A stretch of 63,494 nt of DNA, filler included, from Octopus bimaculoides (lineage: Eukaryota), in NCBI RefSeq assembly GCF_001194135.2. It is 5 parts of 5 records of this genome, joined end to end, with 100 filler letters (N's around TTAATTAATTAA, not from the genome) between each part and the next. Parts side by side here need not be neighbours in the genome. Positions count along the whole stretch, not along the records: positions 53,303 to 63,494 come from NC_068986.1; 4 more parts are not named here. One strand, given 5' to 3'. Positions 63,040-63,494 of the stretch are shown here, one piece after another (the first letter of the stretch is position 1; every line of letters starts with the position of its first letter). The position numbers and the translations under genes are program-made. Under the pieces are notes generated by a model. It was given only the letters and a program-made list of their open reading frames with translations. It was not told the DNA's origin and made no database searches.

Positions 63040-63400
63040 ATAATATTATTAGGGACAAAATCCAAAATTACAGGTAAAAAACTCAATTAAAATCAATTTA
63101 TAAAAAATTAAAATTAAATTGAGCCTTATAGATAAAGTATATATAAAATATATAGTTTTAGGGAAAATAACCAATTTTCGATAATTTCAATTGATTTTAA
63201 TCGATTTAAATTTCTTTTCTATTTGAAAATTGGTTATGAAACACGTGTAATCTTTTTATTATATTTATCTTATGATATTTACTTTACTTTATATTATACT
63301 CATTTATTGTGCTTTTAATTATTAATTTTTCTATATGTGATAGTGGATTTTCATCGATGAGTTCTTGAAAATTGGTTATTTTCCCTAAAACTATATATTT
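63040..63400. mobile_element. Copy of the AT-rich palindromic module with internal inverted repeat
   Basis: TATATAGTTTTAGGGAAAATAACCAATTTTC (63150-80) is inverted at 63365-95; contains GAAACACGTGTA at about 63239-50. Confidence 0.7.
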
Positions 63401-63440
63401 TATATATATATATATCTATATAAATACTTTTTATAATACA

Positions 63441-63494
<54 letters not shown>

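Overview
Eukaryotic, AT-rich, gap-ridden scaffold piece. The repeat content ((TA)n/(CA)n/(ATT)n microsatellites plus three very abundant tRNA-derived SINE families) suggests an octopus/coleoid cephalopod genome; this is an inference. One gene is clearly recognisable: SZRD1 (SUZ RNA-binding domain protein; + strand, 5 coding exons, 19206-31041, 158 aa, canonical GT-AG sites). The rest is mostly transposon debris: SINEs, RTE/CR1-group/Tx1-like LINE fragments, TTAA- and hAT-type MITEs, a long-TIR element with a perfect 8-bp TSD, and a candidate solo LTR. The most interesting signal is two unrelated foldback elements (40646-41154 and 50920-51559). Each carries a type I hammerhead ribozyme motif in both arms on opposite strands; three of the four cores are intact. 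This is the signature of Penelope-like element/retrozyme derivatives. Also notable: a heavily decayed minus-strand LRR (TLR-like) coding remnant scattered through about 42.7-58.7 kb, and oppositely oriented SINEs bracketing the two symmetric SZRD1 exons. Almost all ORFs in the supplied track are microsatellite, gap or SINE artefacts. All translations and pairings were done by eye; no searches were run.
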